A DNA stretch of 64,000 nucleotides, from the NCBI GenBank assembly GCA_023334545.1, contig JAADVB010000070.1:10404-74403 (forward strand), in the 5' to 3' direction. Shown piece after piece: positions 24,336-36,804 of this stretch. Numbering within the stretch: position 1 is the first letter of the stretch; each line of letters starts with the position of its first letter. The notes under the pieces were generated by a model, which did not search any database, was not told the origin of the DNA, and saw only the letters and a list, made by a program, of their open reading frames with translations. The position numbers and the translations under genes are program-made. The stretch is from Salisapilia sapeloensis CBS 127946 (lineage: Eukaryota > Protista > Oomycota).

Positions 24336-25616
24336 ATGGAGCGACCAGAAGAGCACTTGATTTCTAGTTCCAACGCTCCTTTCCCAGAAAGTAGCCAACG
24401 TCTGTACAATCGACTGTCGGAAGAGCTATTGCAAAGCACGTTGCACGAGCATACTGCGTTTCATCACGAGCAAAGGTCAAATCGGTGGAAACTACTACGG
24501 CAAGACAAGTCTGCCGCCGTGTACGCAAGTACGTTTCACGATTTAACTGGCGAAAGCCGAAAACTCATGATCAGTGGTTTGATACCTGGATCCATCGAAC
24601 AAGTCGCTCGTGGTCTCTGCTGTGATACAACAGATACTCTTGTTACGAATTACACTATCCACGACAAAAACTTTCTTAACGGGGCCGTCCTACACACGTT
24701 CGAGAAGGGTTCTCTAGACTCTCCACTCATTTATTGTGGAATCAAATGGCTGGTCTTTCGACCAGTTGTCAAGCGCTTTATATCAGACTTGGATCTACTT
24801 GTGTACGAACGACTTGGCTACGTCGAATCGGGCCACGGAGAATCCTTCTTGTACATCACATTCGAGTCCGTGGAGCTCAGTGACTACCCAAGAAACAATG
24901 AAGCGAACATGACGCGAGTATCGAGGAGCATATGCATCCTATATCATCGTGTTAGCGAGCAGAGCTGCAGGTACTTCCTTGTGTCCGACACGAGCAAAGA
25001 AGCATATACAATGCAATCGGACTATTACCAAAGATCACGACTCCAAGCGATGGCGAACCCACTTCCTGGGGCTTTAGCAAGAGCCTATTCATCTTTGATG
25101 GTCACCAACACGAATGCTCTTGCATCCACGAGTACGCATTGTGATGTCTGCAATGCTCCAAAAGCTCTCTTCAATCGATTGTACGAGTGCAAAGGGTGTC
25201 ACATTCAAATGTGTCGAAAATGCCGGTACCGACGTACGATATTCCGACTACATCTTCGAAAGCAGAAACCAGTGGAAGAAGACTTTTGTCGAGACTGCGT
25301 TGCTTCCATCGAGTCGAATCATTTCGGGTTACCCTACTTTAGACACTTTGTACAAGCAGACGTGTCACCCGATTCGAACTCGTCTTTTACAGCGCCAAGA
25401 CTTGAATCGCTTGATTACCAGTATCTTGAGAGTAGAGGAACGGAGTTTTGTCCGACTCCATATTCACCAACATCAACGCTTTCGATGCGAGACTTGACAG
25501 ACAGAATGTCCGGTAAGAGTTGTAGATGTCCAACGATGGAGATGCCAGAAGATGAGAAGGAACTGACTGGATTATGGTCCAATATTGAAGACGACATCGA
25601 GGTAAAGTCTATCTGA
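24336..25616 (+). CDS. SF3: START-like + FYVE-like protein (~426 aa, intronless; ends DIEVKSI)
   Basis: ORF 24303..25616, first ATG at 24336; SGLIPG, CGIKW, YERLG, four CxxC pairs. Confidence 0.85.
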   Translation: MERPEEHLISSSNAPFPESSQRLYNRLSEELLQSTLHEHTAFHHEQRSNRWKLLRQDKSAAVYASTFHDLTGESRKLMISGLIPGSIEQVARGLCCDTTDTLVTNYTIHDKNFLNGAVLHTFEKGSLDSPLIYCGIKWLVFRPVVKRFISDLDLLVYERLGYVESGHGESFLYITFESVELSDYPRNNEANMTRVSRSICILYHRVSEQSCRYFLVSDTSKEAYTMQSDYYQRSRLQAMANPLPGALARAYSSLMVTNTNALASTSTHCDVCNAPKALFNRLYECKGCHIQMCRKCRYRRTIFRLHLRKQKPVEEDFCRDCVASIESNHFGLPYFRHFVQADVSPDSNSSFTAPRLESLDYQYLESRGTEFCPTPYSPTSTLSMRDLTDRMSGKSCRCPTMEMPEDEKELTGLWSNIEDDIEVKSI

Positions 25617-25905
25617 TCCAGTCATCACTAAAAATCTTAACTAGTGCAATAGTGGAATAGAGATGAGTGGTGGCGATTTTCCCTCCAGTTTGAGGAAAAG
25701 AACAAGCACGATGTGTGATAAGAAGTGACTGACGCTACGCTAGACAAGTTGTACCAGCACCGTTATCAGGATAAAAGTCTGTTTGCATACGTTTTCGCCT
25801 TCAAAGTATCCCTCGTGAGAGTCTCGTTTTTGTTGACAGCCACAATATGGTAGAGTCATAGTGGCATCCCTCCGTACATCTCGAGGCACTCATATAGTTC
25901 GAAAG

Positions 25906-27373
25906 ATGGCGTCTCCCCCTCCCTGCTCATTGAGTCCTTCCGCTCGAAAAGAGGTGGAAGATCGATGTGATGCAATCATTGAGAGGACGATCACCCAGTA
26001 CCAGTCATTTAGAAACAATGCACATCATAGCAGGTATCCACTCAAGGACCTAAACTCGATCCGAGCAATCATAACCTTCACTTGCATGTACTCTTGACTA
26101 GCTGGGCACATATGCGTACTCGAAAAGGAATGGAACTATACCACGAAAGACAGACTGGGGTGATGGAGGGTGACCCTGGGAAGAGAGCAATCGCGATCCA
26201 CGGTGTGCTTCCCGGGAACACCGATGATGTCATCATGTGCTGGTATGCAGACACGACCGAGGCATTCGTGCATGGCAAGAAAATCCAGAGCAAAAGCTTC
26301 ATCGACGGTGCCATCTTGGAGGTGCTAGAGTCCCATTCACCGGAACACGACGTGATCTTTGCTGGTGTCAAATGGGCGTGCTTCCAGACCACGATCGGGC
26401 CTCTCGTCAACGACCATGATAGTGTCTACTACGAGGTTCGAATGACGATCTTTGACGTTCAGTGGACACTTGACTAACTTTATGCATGCAGCGGCAGGGG
26501 AGGTACACGGACCACGACGGAACGCCCTACGTCTTTGTTGCTATCCTCTCCGTTGACATTCCAGGCTACTCGAGCAGCCAAAGTGAAAAGATCATTCGGG
26601 CAGAAACGACGATGTGCTATCTGTTCAAGGACATCGATGGTCACTACGTCCACAGCTTTGTCTTTGGCTACGCGCACGATTACGGTCTCTTCATAGGTCA
26701 AATCGCTGACCTGATTCTTGCCGACCGAACTCTAGAGCATTGCAACACGCTTACGTGTGCCCAAGCAAAAGCGTTTTCGACTTTAATGGCTCGCAACCTC
26801 AACGTCCCTGCTTCGTCCTCTAGTCATTGCGAAGTTTGCACCAAACATCCGTCATTTTTCTTCAAGCTACACCTCTGTAGAGGGTGCAAGCGACGTGTTT
26901 GCGGCCGATGTAGTAAGAAGAGAGTCGTCTTTCGACTCGACGTCCGATCTCGAAAACCTCTCAAGCAAGAGTTTTGCGTCAATTGCGTAGAAGCAGTTGA
27001 AAACCGCCAAGTGCGATGTCCACAGACGATGCGACCAGCAGCTAATATAGATGACCAGTCAGCCTTGGCGGACAACCAGACTCCGTACTCATCATCATCT
27101 CAGTCGTCTGAACTGTTTTCAGAAAAAATGAGCGGCAGTTGGCGAGCGACGAGAGAGGCGGCGACAGGCGCTTATTCTCCGGTATCATCACTCTCCATGC
27201 AAGACGAAGGTCGGTATAGTCCAAGCCAAGCGACCAGATATAACGCCAGTGAGTGGGGTGGGATGGACAGTTTCGTTGAAACTCAGGAAGAGATGCGACA
27301 GAGCACGAGCTCCAGTGATGAGCCAACAATGACCATGGGCGTATCCGCCGTCGACATTGAGCAACTAGATTAA
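25906..27373 (+). CDS. SF4: START-like + FYVE-like protein (~447 aa, 3 exons; ends VDIEQLD)
   Basis: Exons 25906-26033, 26102-26435, 26492-27373 (68- and 56-nt introns; the second has a TGACTAAC branch site); joined frame is open. Confidence 0.85.
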
Positions 27374-27540
27374 ATGGAATGAAAGTCATTATCTATACAT
27401 TGCGTCCCATGTGTCGTTCCCTCTACCTTCACCTGGCAGAGACCGGACACTTCCATGGCTGCGGAGGTTACATATGTTACCGATCGAGTAGCGCTGACTC
27501 GCTCTTGACCAGGAATCTTCCCCATTCGCCAACTTACACT

Positions 27541-29097
27541 ATGAACGCAGACGCTAGTCTAAACGGCGTCGCACCCGTGCGATTTAGTGACGAACGAAGG
27601 AAGGAATTGGAGATCGGAGCAAACGAACTTCTAGAGTACGCACTAGCCGAGCATGACCGTTTTCATCACCGGAATGACACGCAAAAGTGGAAACCTTTGA
27701 GGTACGTGTCGTTTCGTGTCATAGATAGGTGGTACCTTCGGACGCGGAACACTGATCCTCACAGTCTCCCTTAGGCGATTCAAGTGGCTCCACCTGTATC
27801 ACCATCGTTGCAAGAAAGACTCTAAGGATCCTGCTTCAACAATGCCCCATACGTCGGGCGTGGACACCAGCGTCTTTGAAAATGGGAAAACTGAAGTTTT
27901 GTGTAGTGGCATCGTGCCTGGTGGTCTCGAGATGCATGTGAGTGGTATCTACTCGGACACCTCATCAGATTTAAAAACAGTCAAGTCGATCATATCCGAG
28001 GGTGTCATGGATGCTGCCGTCTACCACGTTTTCGAAGACAGGAAAATGGAAAGCGATGTTATCTTCTCAGGCATCAAGTGGATTGCCTTTAAAATCCCAG
28101 GTGGACGACTCATTGACGACGTCGACATCCTCGTCTATGAGGTACGAGTGCCTATTTCTTTAGCAAAATTGCTAGGATATTAACTTATATCTAGCGTATG
28201 GGCCGTGTCGTGGACGAGAACGGGGAAATATTTATCTATAATACGATGCAAAGTGTCGAATTACCAGAGTATCCGAAGAACGAGACGTTGGGTATGCGTA
28301 GGTCTTTATTAAATATTTGCTACTTGTACCGACCGGTGGGGACCAAAGCGACCGCGTGCTTTTATTTGAGTGAATTTCCGCCAATCTCAAGTGTGCTTGG
28401 ACCCATTACTGAGTACATTGGCGCTGCACGTGCAGCCGAGCATTTCAATGCAATTATTGCTGCTTATGCGAAAAAATACTCGACTCTCATGACCACTGCC
28501 GCCATCAACGACACGGACAAAGAGTGTCCTAGCCGATGTGAAGTATGTGATACGAAACCGAAATTTCTGACCAAGTTACGCTTGTGTAAAGGATGCCTAC
28601 GCTACGGTTGCTCTAGATGTCGAAATCGACGCACCATCTTCCGTCTCCGGCCTCGTACGCAAAAGCCTGATAAAGCTATTTTTTGCTATGATTGCATTCG
28701 GACAGTGGAAGATGGCACACTGGAATGTTCCAGTGCACCTCTTCGACTACAGCGATATCTGTCAACAGGGTCCTCTAGATCTTCAAACCAAGTGCACGAC
28801 GGGTTCGTACCATTAAGGAGGGTGCCTGGCGAAGCGCCAACATGCGCATCCGAGTCATTCGGCCACGAGACTGGATATCTTCACGACCCGCCTTCACCTA
28901 ACAGCGACGATGGAAGCAAGAGCTTTTCGGATGATTTTTACGACCGAGCGTTGAAACAAATGTGGGCAAGTCGAGAGTCGTCCGAATTGGTTTGGAATGA
29001 GGAAGAGCGTAGCCAATTCAGACAGAAGGCGTTCAGACAAACGCATGCAGACCAGATGCCACATGGTGAGACCGCGAGCGTGCAGTCACTTGATTAG
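27541..29097 (+). CDS. SF5: START-like + FYVE-like protein (~476 aa, 3 exons; ends ASVQSLD)
   Basis: Exons 27541-27701, 27775-28141, 28195-29097 (73- and 53-nt introns); joined frame is open. Confidence 0.85.
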
Positions 29098-29420
29098 AAG
29101 AATAAGTCTAAATGAGACCAAGTACTTGCGTGCAGTACCGCCATTATATTCTTCTTAAATGATGGTTTTCCGAATGATATATCTGACCGATTGAAAGGGT
29201 GGTAGGATCGATCTGTATTAAATAACACAGACGATAGACTTGAACGTCGATCATTCGGTGCCAGTGAAGCCACAGAGAGATGCCATTGTAGCTACAATCG
29301 GACGAGCAGTGGTCAGCTGGTCGATGCCCATCAAAGTTCCGCCTGTTCTGCTGCGTGTAGGCAGCTTCATAAGAAATAACGGTCACTGCAGACGATTTAG
29401 GTGCGATTGGCACGGATAGA

Positions 29421-30849
29421 ATGGACCGGTCATACATGCAGGCATCCATGGCTGGAGCAACGACACGGCAGACGGAGATGGATGACCGTGCAAACGACCT
29501 TATCGACAGCGCATTGAAAGACTATGATGCGTTCCAGCGAACGGAGGAACGAGATAAACGCTGGAAGCTACTGCGGAGCCTATCAGAGAACAACGTATAC
29601 GGCGAACGAGAGCATTTATCTCAATCAAGTCACCGGACGATGCTCCTCTATGGGTTCGTCCCCGGTACCATCGCCCAGTTCCTCGCCGGTGTTTATACCG
29701 ACGATAAAGACTCCCTCGAAACAGCTCGGCACTTCCTCACCCCAGGTGTCGTCGACGCGGAACTTTTACACGTGTTTGAAAGTCATCACCTGAACGCCCC
29801 AACCGTCCTCGCCTGCATCAAACGCGCCATCCTCCCTTGCTTTGCCAATATCAAAGAATCCGAGACGATTTATTACGAGGTACACATCCTTGATAGAAAT
29901 ACGCCATGAAAGATAAACTGACGATGAGTAGAAACTTGGCTGGCGTGAAGATGATCATGGCCATCGCTTTGGCTATCAACTTATGTTTAGTATTGATGCT
30001 CCGGATCTCGTAGACCCAAAACAGACAAAGCGATCAAAGACATATACGTGCTGCGTGAACTTGCTCAAGCAATTCAGTCCCGACTGGATAAGTGTCTTTA
30101 CCATCACAGAGGTGGACTTTGGTAACGTGGGAAACGTCATCGGCACCATCATCGAACAGCTCACTGCGAATCGTACCACGGAAGCGTATAATGCTGTTCT
30201 CATGGCAAGATCCAAAGCGTATTTGGCACTCATAAACGCCAACACCAATCAACCAATCAAGCAGAAGGGTCACGATAACGACTGCAAGGTCTGCCGGGAG
30301 CCAGAACGTTTCCTCTCCAAACTGCGTCCGTGCGCTGGTTGTGGGCATTTCGCCTGCTCCAAATGCCGGCATAAACGCATGATCTTTCGACTACGACCCA
30401 AATCGAACAAATATGACAAGGCCCTGTTTTGTCTCGAGTGCATCGACGCAGTGCAAAACAAAAGGTTCCATATGGACCACGATATCTCCGACTTGGCAGC
30501 TGCATCGGTTTCTGCACGGGCTCATACGTCTTCTGACTCATCAGCCTACGAAGGTGTTTCAACAGAATCAGACGTCGCCTTGTCTTCTTCCTCCTTCAGT
30601 TGGGGTCGTGCTTCCTCGCTATCTATCTCCCAACTGACGAAAGACGACATTGTGCTTGAAGACTTACCAGTGCTTTCACGTAAAAACACATCCGAGATAT
30701 CGTCCGTCACGCCATCGAATTCCTGGGATCAGGTTGAAATGGAACCAAATGAGGAAAGTTGGAGGAGTAGCGGACAAACGCAACTCACGGCTGATCCAGA
30801 TTACCGTAGCAGTGTATGCGGTACTATTCGGCTCCACGAACTGGACTAG
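29421..30849 (+). CDS. SF6: START-like + FYVE-like protein (~458 aa, 2 exons; ends IRLHELD)
   Basis: Exons 29421-29879 and 29932-30849 (52-nt intron at YYE|KLGW). Start ATG uncertain among several. Confidence 0.83.
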
Positions 30850-31339
30850 TGAAGCCTTCTTACCGAAAGCTACACCTACAATTAACAAATAATATATTAT
30901 CGCTGTACTGGCGAAATAATGATTATCCGTCCATCTACTTTTGGAAGATTGAGTTGCACGATCTGCAAACGGTTCAGAGGCAGACAGGTCGTTTTCAGTC
31001 ATTCAAACTCCATGCTACAAACTATGCGATTGACTAAATGTACTTTTTTCGTATCAACACTAAGCTGCCATGATGGTCACACACTGCACAGAATCGTGCT
31101 TGCTCATGTCTATCGTGGAAAACGAGATGTTTATAAGCGTAACTCGGAAAAATGGAAGTACATTCAAGCCTGACTAGCTGTTCCCATCTGCGTCTTGGCT
31201 TATTCTTTGACAAACGAATCTCGCGATACGACTCTAACTGATTTGCTCCGGACTTCGTGTGGTTGACGAATGCTCGGTGCGCAACGTCGCCTGCGTCTGT
31301 ACTGTTTAGCACTCCATTCTCTCTTTTTTATCGAGGAGC

Positions 31340-32707
31340 ATGAGAAAGCCACATCAGGTCAAAATTAATCCGTTTGAACAAGTCGCGTGGCACTGTCGAA
31401 GGGATGCTTTGCTCACAGAGGTTTTACAACAGTTTGCCGACTTCCATTATCGAAATGATCCGCTCAAGCGATGGAGATATCTTCGAAAGGATGGTCCCTT
31501 TGAGCTCTACACGGATGCCCAGGAATCTCCGAACAGATCAGACAAGGCTTGCCAGTCCGTACTATCAACCGGATTAGCACCAGGAAACGCTGAAGACATG
31601 CTATCTAGCTTGTTGATATCAACAACGAGTGAATTGCATACCCAGCTCGCACTCACTGAACCATCTGCAACCGACGGCGTCTTAATCGATGTATTTACGT
31701 GCGACTATCACTCCAAGGACCTCATCTTCGCAGGAGTCAAGTGGACGGCGCATAAATCGAACCTTATTTTTAATCAGTCCCACGACGCACTCGTGTACGA
31801 AGCGCTTGGTTGGGTCCAAGACGAACACAACGAAACGTTCGCCTGGCATGTTTTATTCTCCATCGACATGCCAGAGTTTCCACGCGGCTTTGTTGACTCG
31901 AATTGGCAACGTGCAGTCGTGACCAGGGCGTCACTCTTCCACCAAGTCCAAGGACACTACCTCGAATGCTTTACGAGAATTGAACTTGACGCAAAAGGGA
32001 CCAAGCTTGGACTGGCCAAAGAATTGCCTTCAAATGCATTTGCAAACACCTATCAATATGCTTTACTATCTGGTGGCGCGAAACGGTATTCTCTTCTTGT
32101 AGAGGAAAGCAAAGGCAAATTCGTTCCCGCCAGCAAAAAATGTGAAGTCTGTACTCGAAAGCCATTGCTCGGAAAGCTCCAGCAATGCAGCGGATGCGTC
32201 CAATACGCATGTCGACGCTGTCGAAAGACTCGCCCTATTTTTAAACTTGCTCCTGGAAAGGATAAAGTTATAAAGCGAACGTTTTGTCAGCTGTGCGTTG
32301 GCAAAGTCGAGGACGAGCAGTATACCAATTGGAGCTTGAAGTCGCAGGCAGCCTCTGGCTGCTCCTTATCACCGCCATCTCGACAATATAGCGATGACTA
32401 CGTCAACAAAACCACGCCAACATACTGCGAGCGTAATGACGATGTCCGAAGTGTCGCCTCATCTCTTTCGATGGCTACTGCAAAGCCAGAAGCAAGTCCG
32501 AAGGGAAACTTGACTTCGCCGACAGCCAATTCAGACGGCACATCGACACTAAAATTCGAGGCCGATCTGAACGATTTGAAAAACAACTTGGATGAGTGGA
32601 ATATGCAGGAAAATAACCTACTCCAGCAGATGAAAGTGAATATGATAGCTAAAGACGAATCTCTGGAGATAAATGAGCATCGCATCAGTGCTTCTGAGCT
32701 GGATTGA
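31340..32707 (+). CDS. SF7: START-like + FYVE-like protein (455 aa, intronless; ends ISASELD)
   Basis: Single ORF; AGVKW, YEALGW, four CxxC pairs. Confidence 0.85.
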   Translation: MRKPHQVKINPFEQVAWHCRRDALLTEVLQQFADFHYRNDPLKRWRYLRKDGPFELYTDAQESPNRSDKACQSVLSTGLAPGNAEDMLSSLLISTTSELHTQLALTEPSATDGVLIDVFTCDYHSKDLIFAGVKWTAHKSNLIFNQSHDALVYEALGWVQDEHNETFAWHVLFSIDMPEFPRGFVDSNWQRAVVTRASLFHQVQGHYLECFTRIELDAKGTKLGLAKELPSNAFANTYQYALLSGGAKRYSLLVEESKGKFVPASKKCEVCTRKPLLGKLQQCSGCVQYACRRCRKTRPIFKLAPGKDKVIKRTFCQLCVGKVEDEQYTNWSLKSQAASGCSLSPPSRQYSDDYVNKTTPTYCERNDDVRSVASSLSMATAKPEASPKGNLTSPTANSDGTSTLKFEADLNDLKNNLDEWNMQENNLLQQMKVNMIAKDESLEINEHRISASELD

Positions 32708-34515
32708 GAGCAGAACACAAGAATAGATAGCATGTATTGGTATAATTAAAACGAGCAATGTGCCGTTGCACAATTCATTGTGAACTGTATTATGACTATG
32801 GGTTCATGCAGGTTAAAAGCAACTCATCATAGAGATTAGGCTCTAAACCCGCAGTAGGTCCTTGTGAGATACAGGTGAATTGCAAAACGATAATCTGAAA
32901 CTATTTCCTGTTGTTATTTTTATCAAAGTTCCAGTAGCCAACCAGTGCATCTGAAGTATATTGTGCGAGCCGCGAGTACCTGCATTAGTCGGAAGTGATG
33001 CCGCGTACAATTTCTATCCACCAAAACATCAATGGTAGCCTAGGTTTCCATTGACTATCAGTAGTTTGTTTTATTGCTGTAAAGCATCGTATCTAGGGCA
33101 ATGCAAGCGAGTCGACCACTACACTGTACTTGCTAAGCTTGCCTCATTTGCATACTCTATACTACTCTTCTCAAGATGAGTACAGTGCGACCTACTCGGC
33201 AGAGGACTGACATATCACATACTTATTTTATGTTCGTATGCCATAGCGAGCGTAATGCTTGATGGCTGAAAGCTCGAAATGTTGGTGAGCTCCTAGACGA
33301 GACATGCGTTCATAACATGATATCTATTTGCTATCATCCTGCATTGAAAGGCGCAGCTTTACGACATCAGTGTAGTAGTTTGGCCATTAGTTTTCGTTCC
33401 CGTAGCTCATGTCTACAACTCCATGATGGCTTCCAGCATCTATTACTTTTCAGTTTACAATGCCATAAATATCTCAGCTTCCATGTTTTACAGTGCGTTT
33501 TAAACTGCGAGCACTCGGACCAAACTGGACCCACTTGTGTCCAGATATATGCATGAGGAAATATGTTACACAGTTTGGTTCCTGGAAGTCTTGAAGTTTC
33601 TAAAGCACACTCCTACATTCCTTACCAGGCAGGAGTAGTCTAAGGGCCTAGCTCCAACGTTTCTCATCGAATAACTGATCTCGTTTTGCGATATACACCT
33701 TAGTTTCAAGCACAATCTGACAGGATCAGTAGCTCTTGGACCGAACGATTCGATACGGTCATAAGATGGGGGACAATCCAGTGTATCTCAATAGATACGT
33801 GATGAGCACACCCTCAAAGGATGAAGCACAATCCAGGCAAGAGATCGAAGTACGACGGAAGGAAGTTGAAGACGATCGAACGATGAGCAAGGGTTGTGAA
33901 TGGACAGGAGCTTTACATCTTTTCCACATGTCTACGCTATGGGCAGGGCAGTGGGTCTCTATCCATCTCATGGGTGGCCTGGATTTCCGGGGCTGCCGAC
34001 GCTGTCGCAGTGGGAGTAGGCTTATTCATGTCTATCAATATTACTTACCAAGATCTACGTCGTGAGGCTTTGTATCAGGAAGTGCGCTTCTTTTTCACTG
34101 TATTACGACAAGTTGGCAGGAGCAAATTCGAGTACTCGTTTCCACTACTCGACGAGATACTTCGGACTTCCATTCGCAATATGTAAACAACATACATCAT
34201 TTACGAAAGATTAACGAAAGTCTGTTAATAAGAACACGGGGTTTATTTATGCTGCATTGCGCTAGTCATCACATGCATCTGATTTCCATTAATGAGCCAC
34301 TCCCTGCATATGTTGCCGTGACGCTTCGGCTTCTTTAGATATCGTTGGAACGAGTCATGTAGACACAGGTTTCAGTTTGAACAAACTCATAGATCGATGT
34401 GGATGGACACAGGTGGTTGTGCATGGACGCATCCAAATTACGATTGCACGACCTATCTCATCGTTTCAATGCCATTTTGATACCTTCGCACCGGTCAAGA
34501 ACGTTCGAGGCGGAA

Positions 34516-35883
34516 ATGCCTCCGCTACATTTATCACCAACTTCTAGCTACACTCAAACGACCACTGACCCGTCCTTTAAGTTGACGTGCGACGCCAAGT
34601 TTCAAGGATTGCTGGATGAAACTATCGACAGTTATGACGACTTCCATCGGAACAATGACTCTCGTAACCTATGGAAACCATACAAGAAGGTTGCTGGATT
34701 CCAATTTTACACCGAGCGAAAACAAGCGGTAGACGGACTCCGCTCAACTTTATGTAGTGGAATAGGCCCAGGAAAAGTTGAAGACATCCTAGTCGGCCTA
34801 CACGCACCTTCCAGCGAAGATTTCCGCATCCGAGGTGCGATTGTGGAGCCACTATGGCTTGACGGTTCTGTGATAGAAGTCTTTGAAAGTAACCCGATGA
34901 CGTCTGAAACCATCTTCTCAGGTATCAAGTGGGTTTCACATCGTAGTTTACTTGGCTTTACAACTCGTCGAGATCTAGTTATCTACGATGCGCTTGGGTG
35001 GACCGAAGACGAGTGTGGTACAAAGTTCGGCTACCACATTTCTTTTAGCGTCAATCTACCAGGTGAGGATCCTTCAAAGCAGACGAACAGCGAAAATTCA
35101 TACGTCCAAAAGACTTCGCTGTTTCACCAAGTGAACGATCAATTCGTTGGATGCTACACTCGTATCAGTGTCCAAGTAAGTAAGACCGTTTTTGGAGCGC
35201 TTGTTGACTTTGCTTTATCAGGCCATGTCCATTCTTATTCAAATGGTATGGTATGCGCGAAAGCAAAAGCATACTCAGCGCTGATTGCTGCGAATGCTGA
35301 CATCATTGTCCCAGCCAGTCCAAAATGCGAAATTTGTGGTAGGAAACCTCGAATTCTAGGCAAACTACGGCCATGCCAAAGCTGTCGTCGATGTGTCTGC
35401 AATAGATGCGGAGACCATTGCGCAGTCTTCAAGATGGAACCCGGCACGAAGAAGCCAATGAAAGAGTTCTTCTGCCGTCATTGTATTAATGATGTCGAGG
35501 AACATGCTAGTGCATTTTTATTCGAAACATCACGCCACGCATTTCACGACAATGCTCCGACCATACCGACTACGACGTCTATGTGTGATTTGATACGTGG
35601 ATCGTCTGAATATCCTATGACGGTGCCTAGTATGAAAAGACACGAGAGTGATGGGGCAGCGTCACTGGGCGATGGACCAAAGCGCACTGAAGCAGATACA
35701 AATGAGACTATGAGACGTGCAACCGATCACGTCGTCGACCAGTATCTAGAGTTTCTTAAGAACGAACTTCGCGACTGGAACCAGTTCGAGCGTGAGGAAT
35801 TGCGTCGTCACTCGCTCGAGCTGCAAGAGTTTGCTACCAGTCTACCAAATGACGATGCGATTCGTTTATCCGAGCTAGATTAG
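34516..35883 (+). CDS. SF8: START-like + FYVE-like protein (~455 aa, intronless; ends IRLSELD)
   Basis: ORF 34399..35883; start MPPLHL at 34516 chosen by length parity with paralogues. SGIKW, YDALGW, AKAKAYS, four CxxC pairs. Confidence 0.85.
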   Translation: MPPLHLSPTSSYTQTTTDPSFKLTCDAKFQGLLDETIDSYDDFHRNNDSRNLWKPYKKVAGFQFYTERKQAVDGLRSTLCSGIGPGKVEDILVGLHAPSSEDFRIRGAIVEPLWLDGSVIEVFESNPMTSETIFSGIKWVSHRSLLGFTTRRDLVIYDALGWTEDECGTKFGYHISFSVNLPGEDPSKQTNSENSYVQKTSLFHQVNDQFVGCYTRISVQVSKTVFGALVDFALSGHVHSYSNGMVCAKAKAYSALIAANADIIVPASPKCEICGRKPRILGKLRPCQSCRRCVCNRCGDHCAVFKMEPGTKKPMKEFFCRHCINDVEEHASAFLFETSRHAFHDNAPTIPTTTSMCDLIRGSSEYPMTVPSMKRHESDGAASLGDGPKRTEADTNETMRRATDHVVDQYLEFLKNELRDWNQFEREELRRHSLELQEFATSLPNDDAIRLSELD

Positions 35884-36804
35884 ACCTATAGACAGAGCAT
35901 ACAATTCAACTGTACAACTATTATACTTTTCCACATACAATTTTTGTGTTTTAATAGTTTTAATTATTAAATTAAACTTTTACATAATATAACACATCAC
36001 GGACCGAGTTGCGCTATCGAGGTAGGAAACATCTTTTTACAAGTACACAAAAGTTCCCTCGGTGCTATAGGTACGCAGTAGCATGACGATCCCGCACAAA
36101 GAACCTTCAGATGACTTGATGAAATCCGCAAGCCAAGCTATTTTGAAACTGAAAGTGAGGTGCATTGACGTCAAGTTACTTATCATATCTAATGTCAGAC
36201 CCAGCACAGGTTAATCATGCACCAGCCTATCCGTCTCGCCGTAGCCAAGTTAGAATCGGCTAGAACATTTCTTTTTGCGCTGGACGACGGTCTGATTCAT
36301 CGTAGCTTTATCCAAAGGAATACACAGTGCAATAATTACCTATTAACGAGTAGATACGAGCACTGGATGATTTCTCAGCGTGACAACAGCTCTACTCAGA
36401 AATGGGATTTGAAGACAGCTTTTTCCCGCATAAGACTACATTGATACCACCGTTGATCACTGTGATGGGTGGCGACTTCTATCCAATTACTCCCGCTGTC
36501 GACCATATGTGACGGCTTGTCAGATAGTATTGATGAGCATCAATTGATCACCAGTAGAGCAGTCTTTTATTGCAGGTTTAAAAGTAGAAGTTTTATCACT
36601 TTAGAGGAGGAGACACTAGCTATCGATACAGTGAACTACTCCAAAGATCATGCATCGAGTAACCAAAGAAGACTGATGACCTACTCTTCAGGATTCTTTG
36701 CCGTTTTTCGTACCCACCTATGACATGGTGCATGGGACACGATGTCCGCTTGTCGTTTAGTCGAGCGGTAGCTAGCTCCACGGTTCATTTCAAAACTTGT
36801 GACC

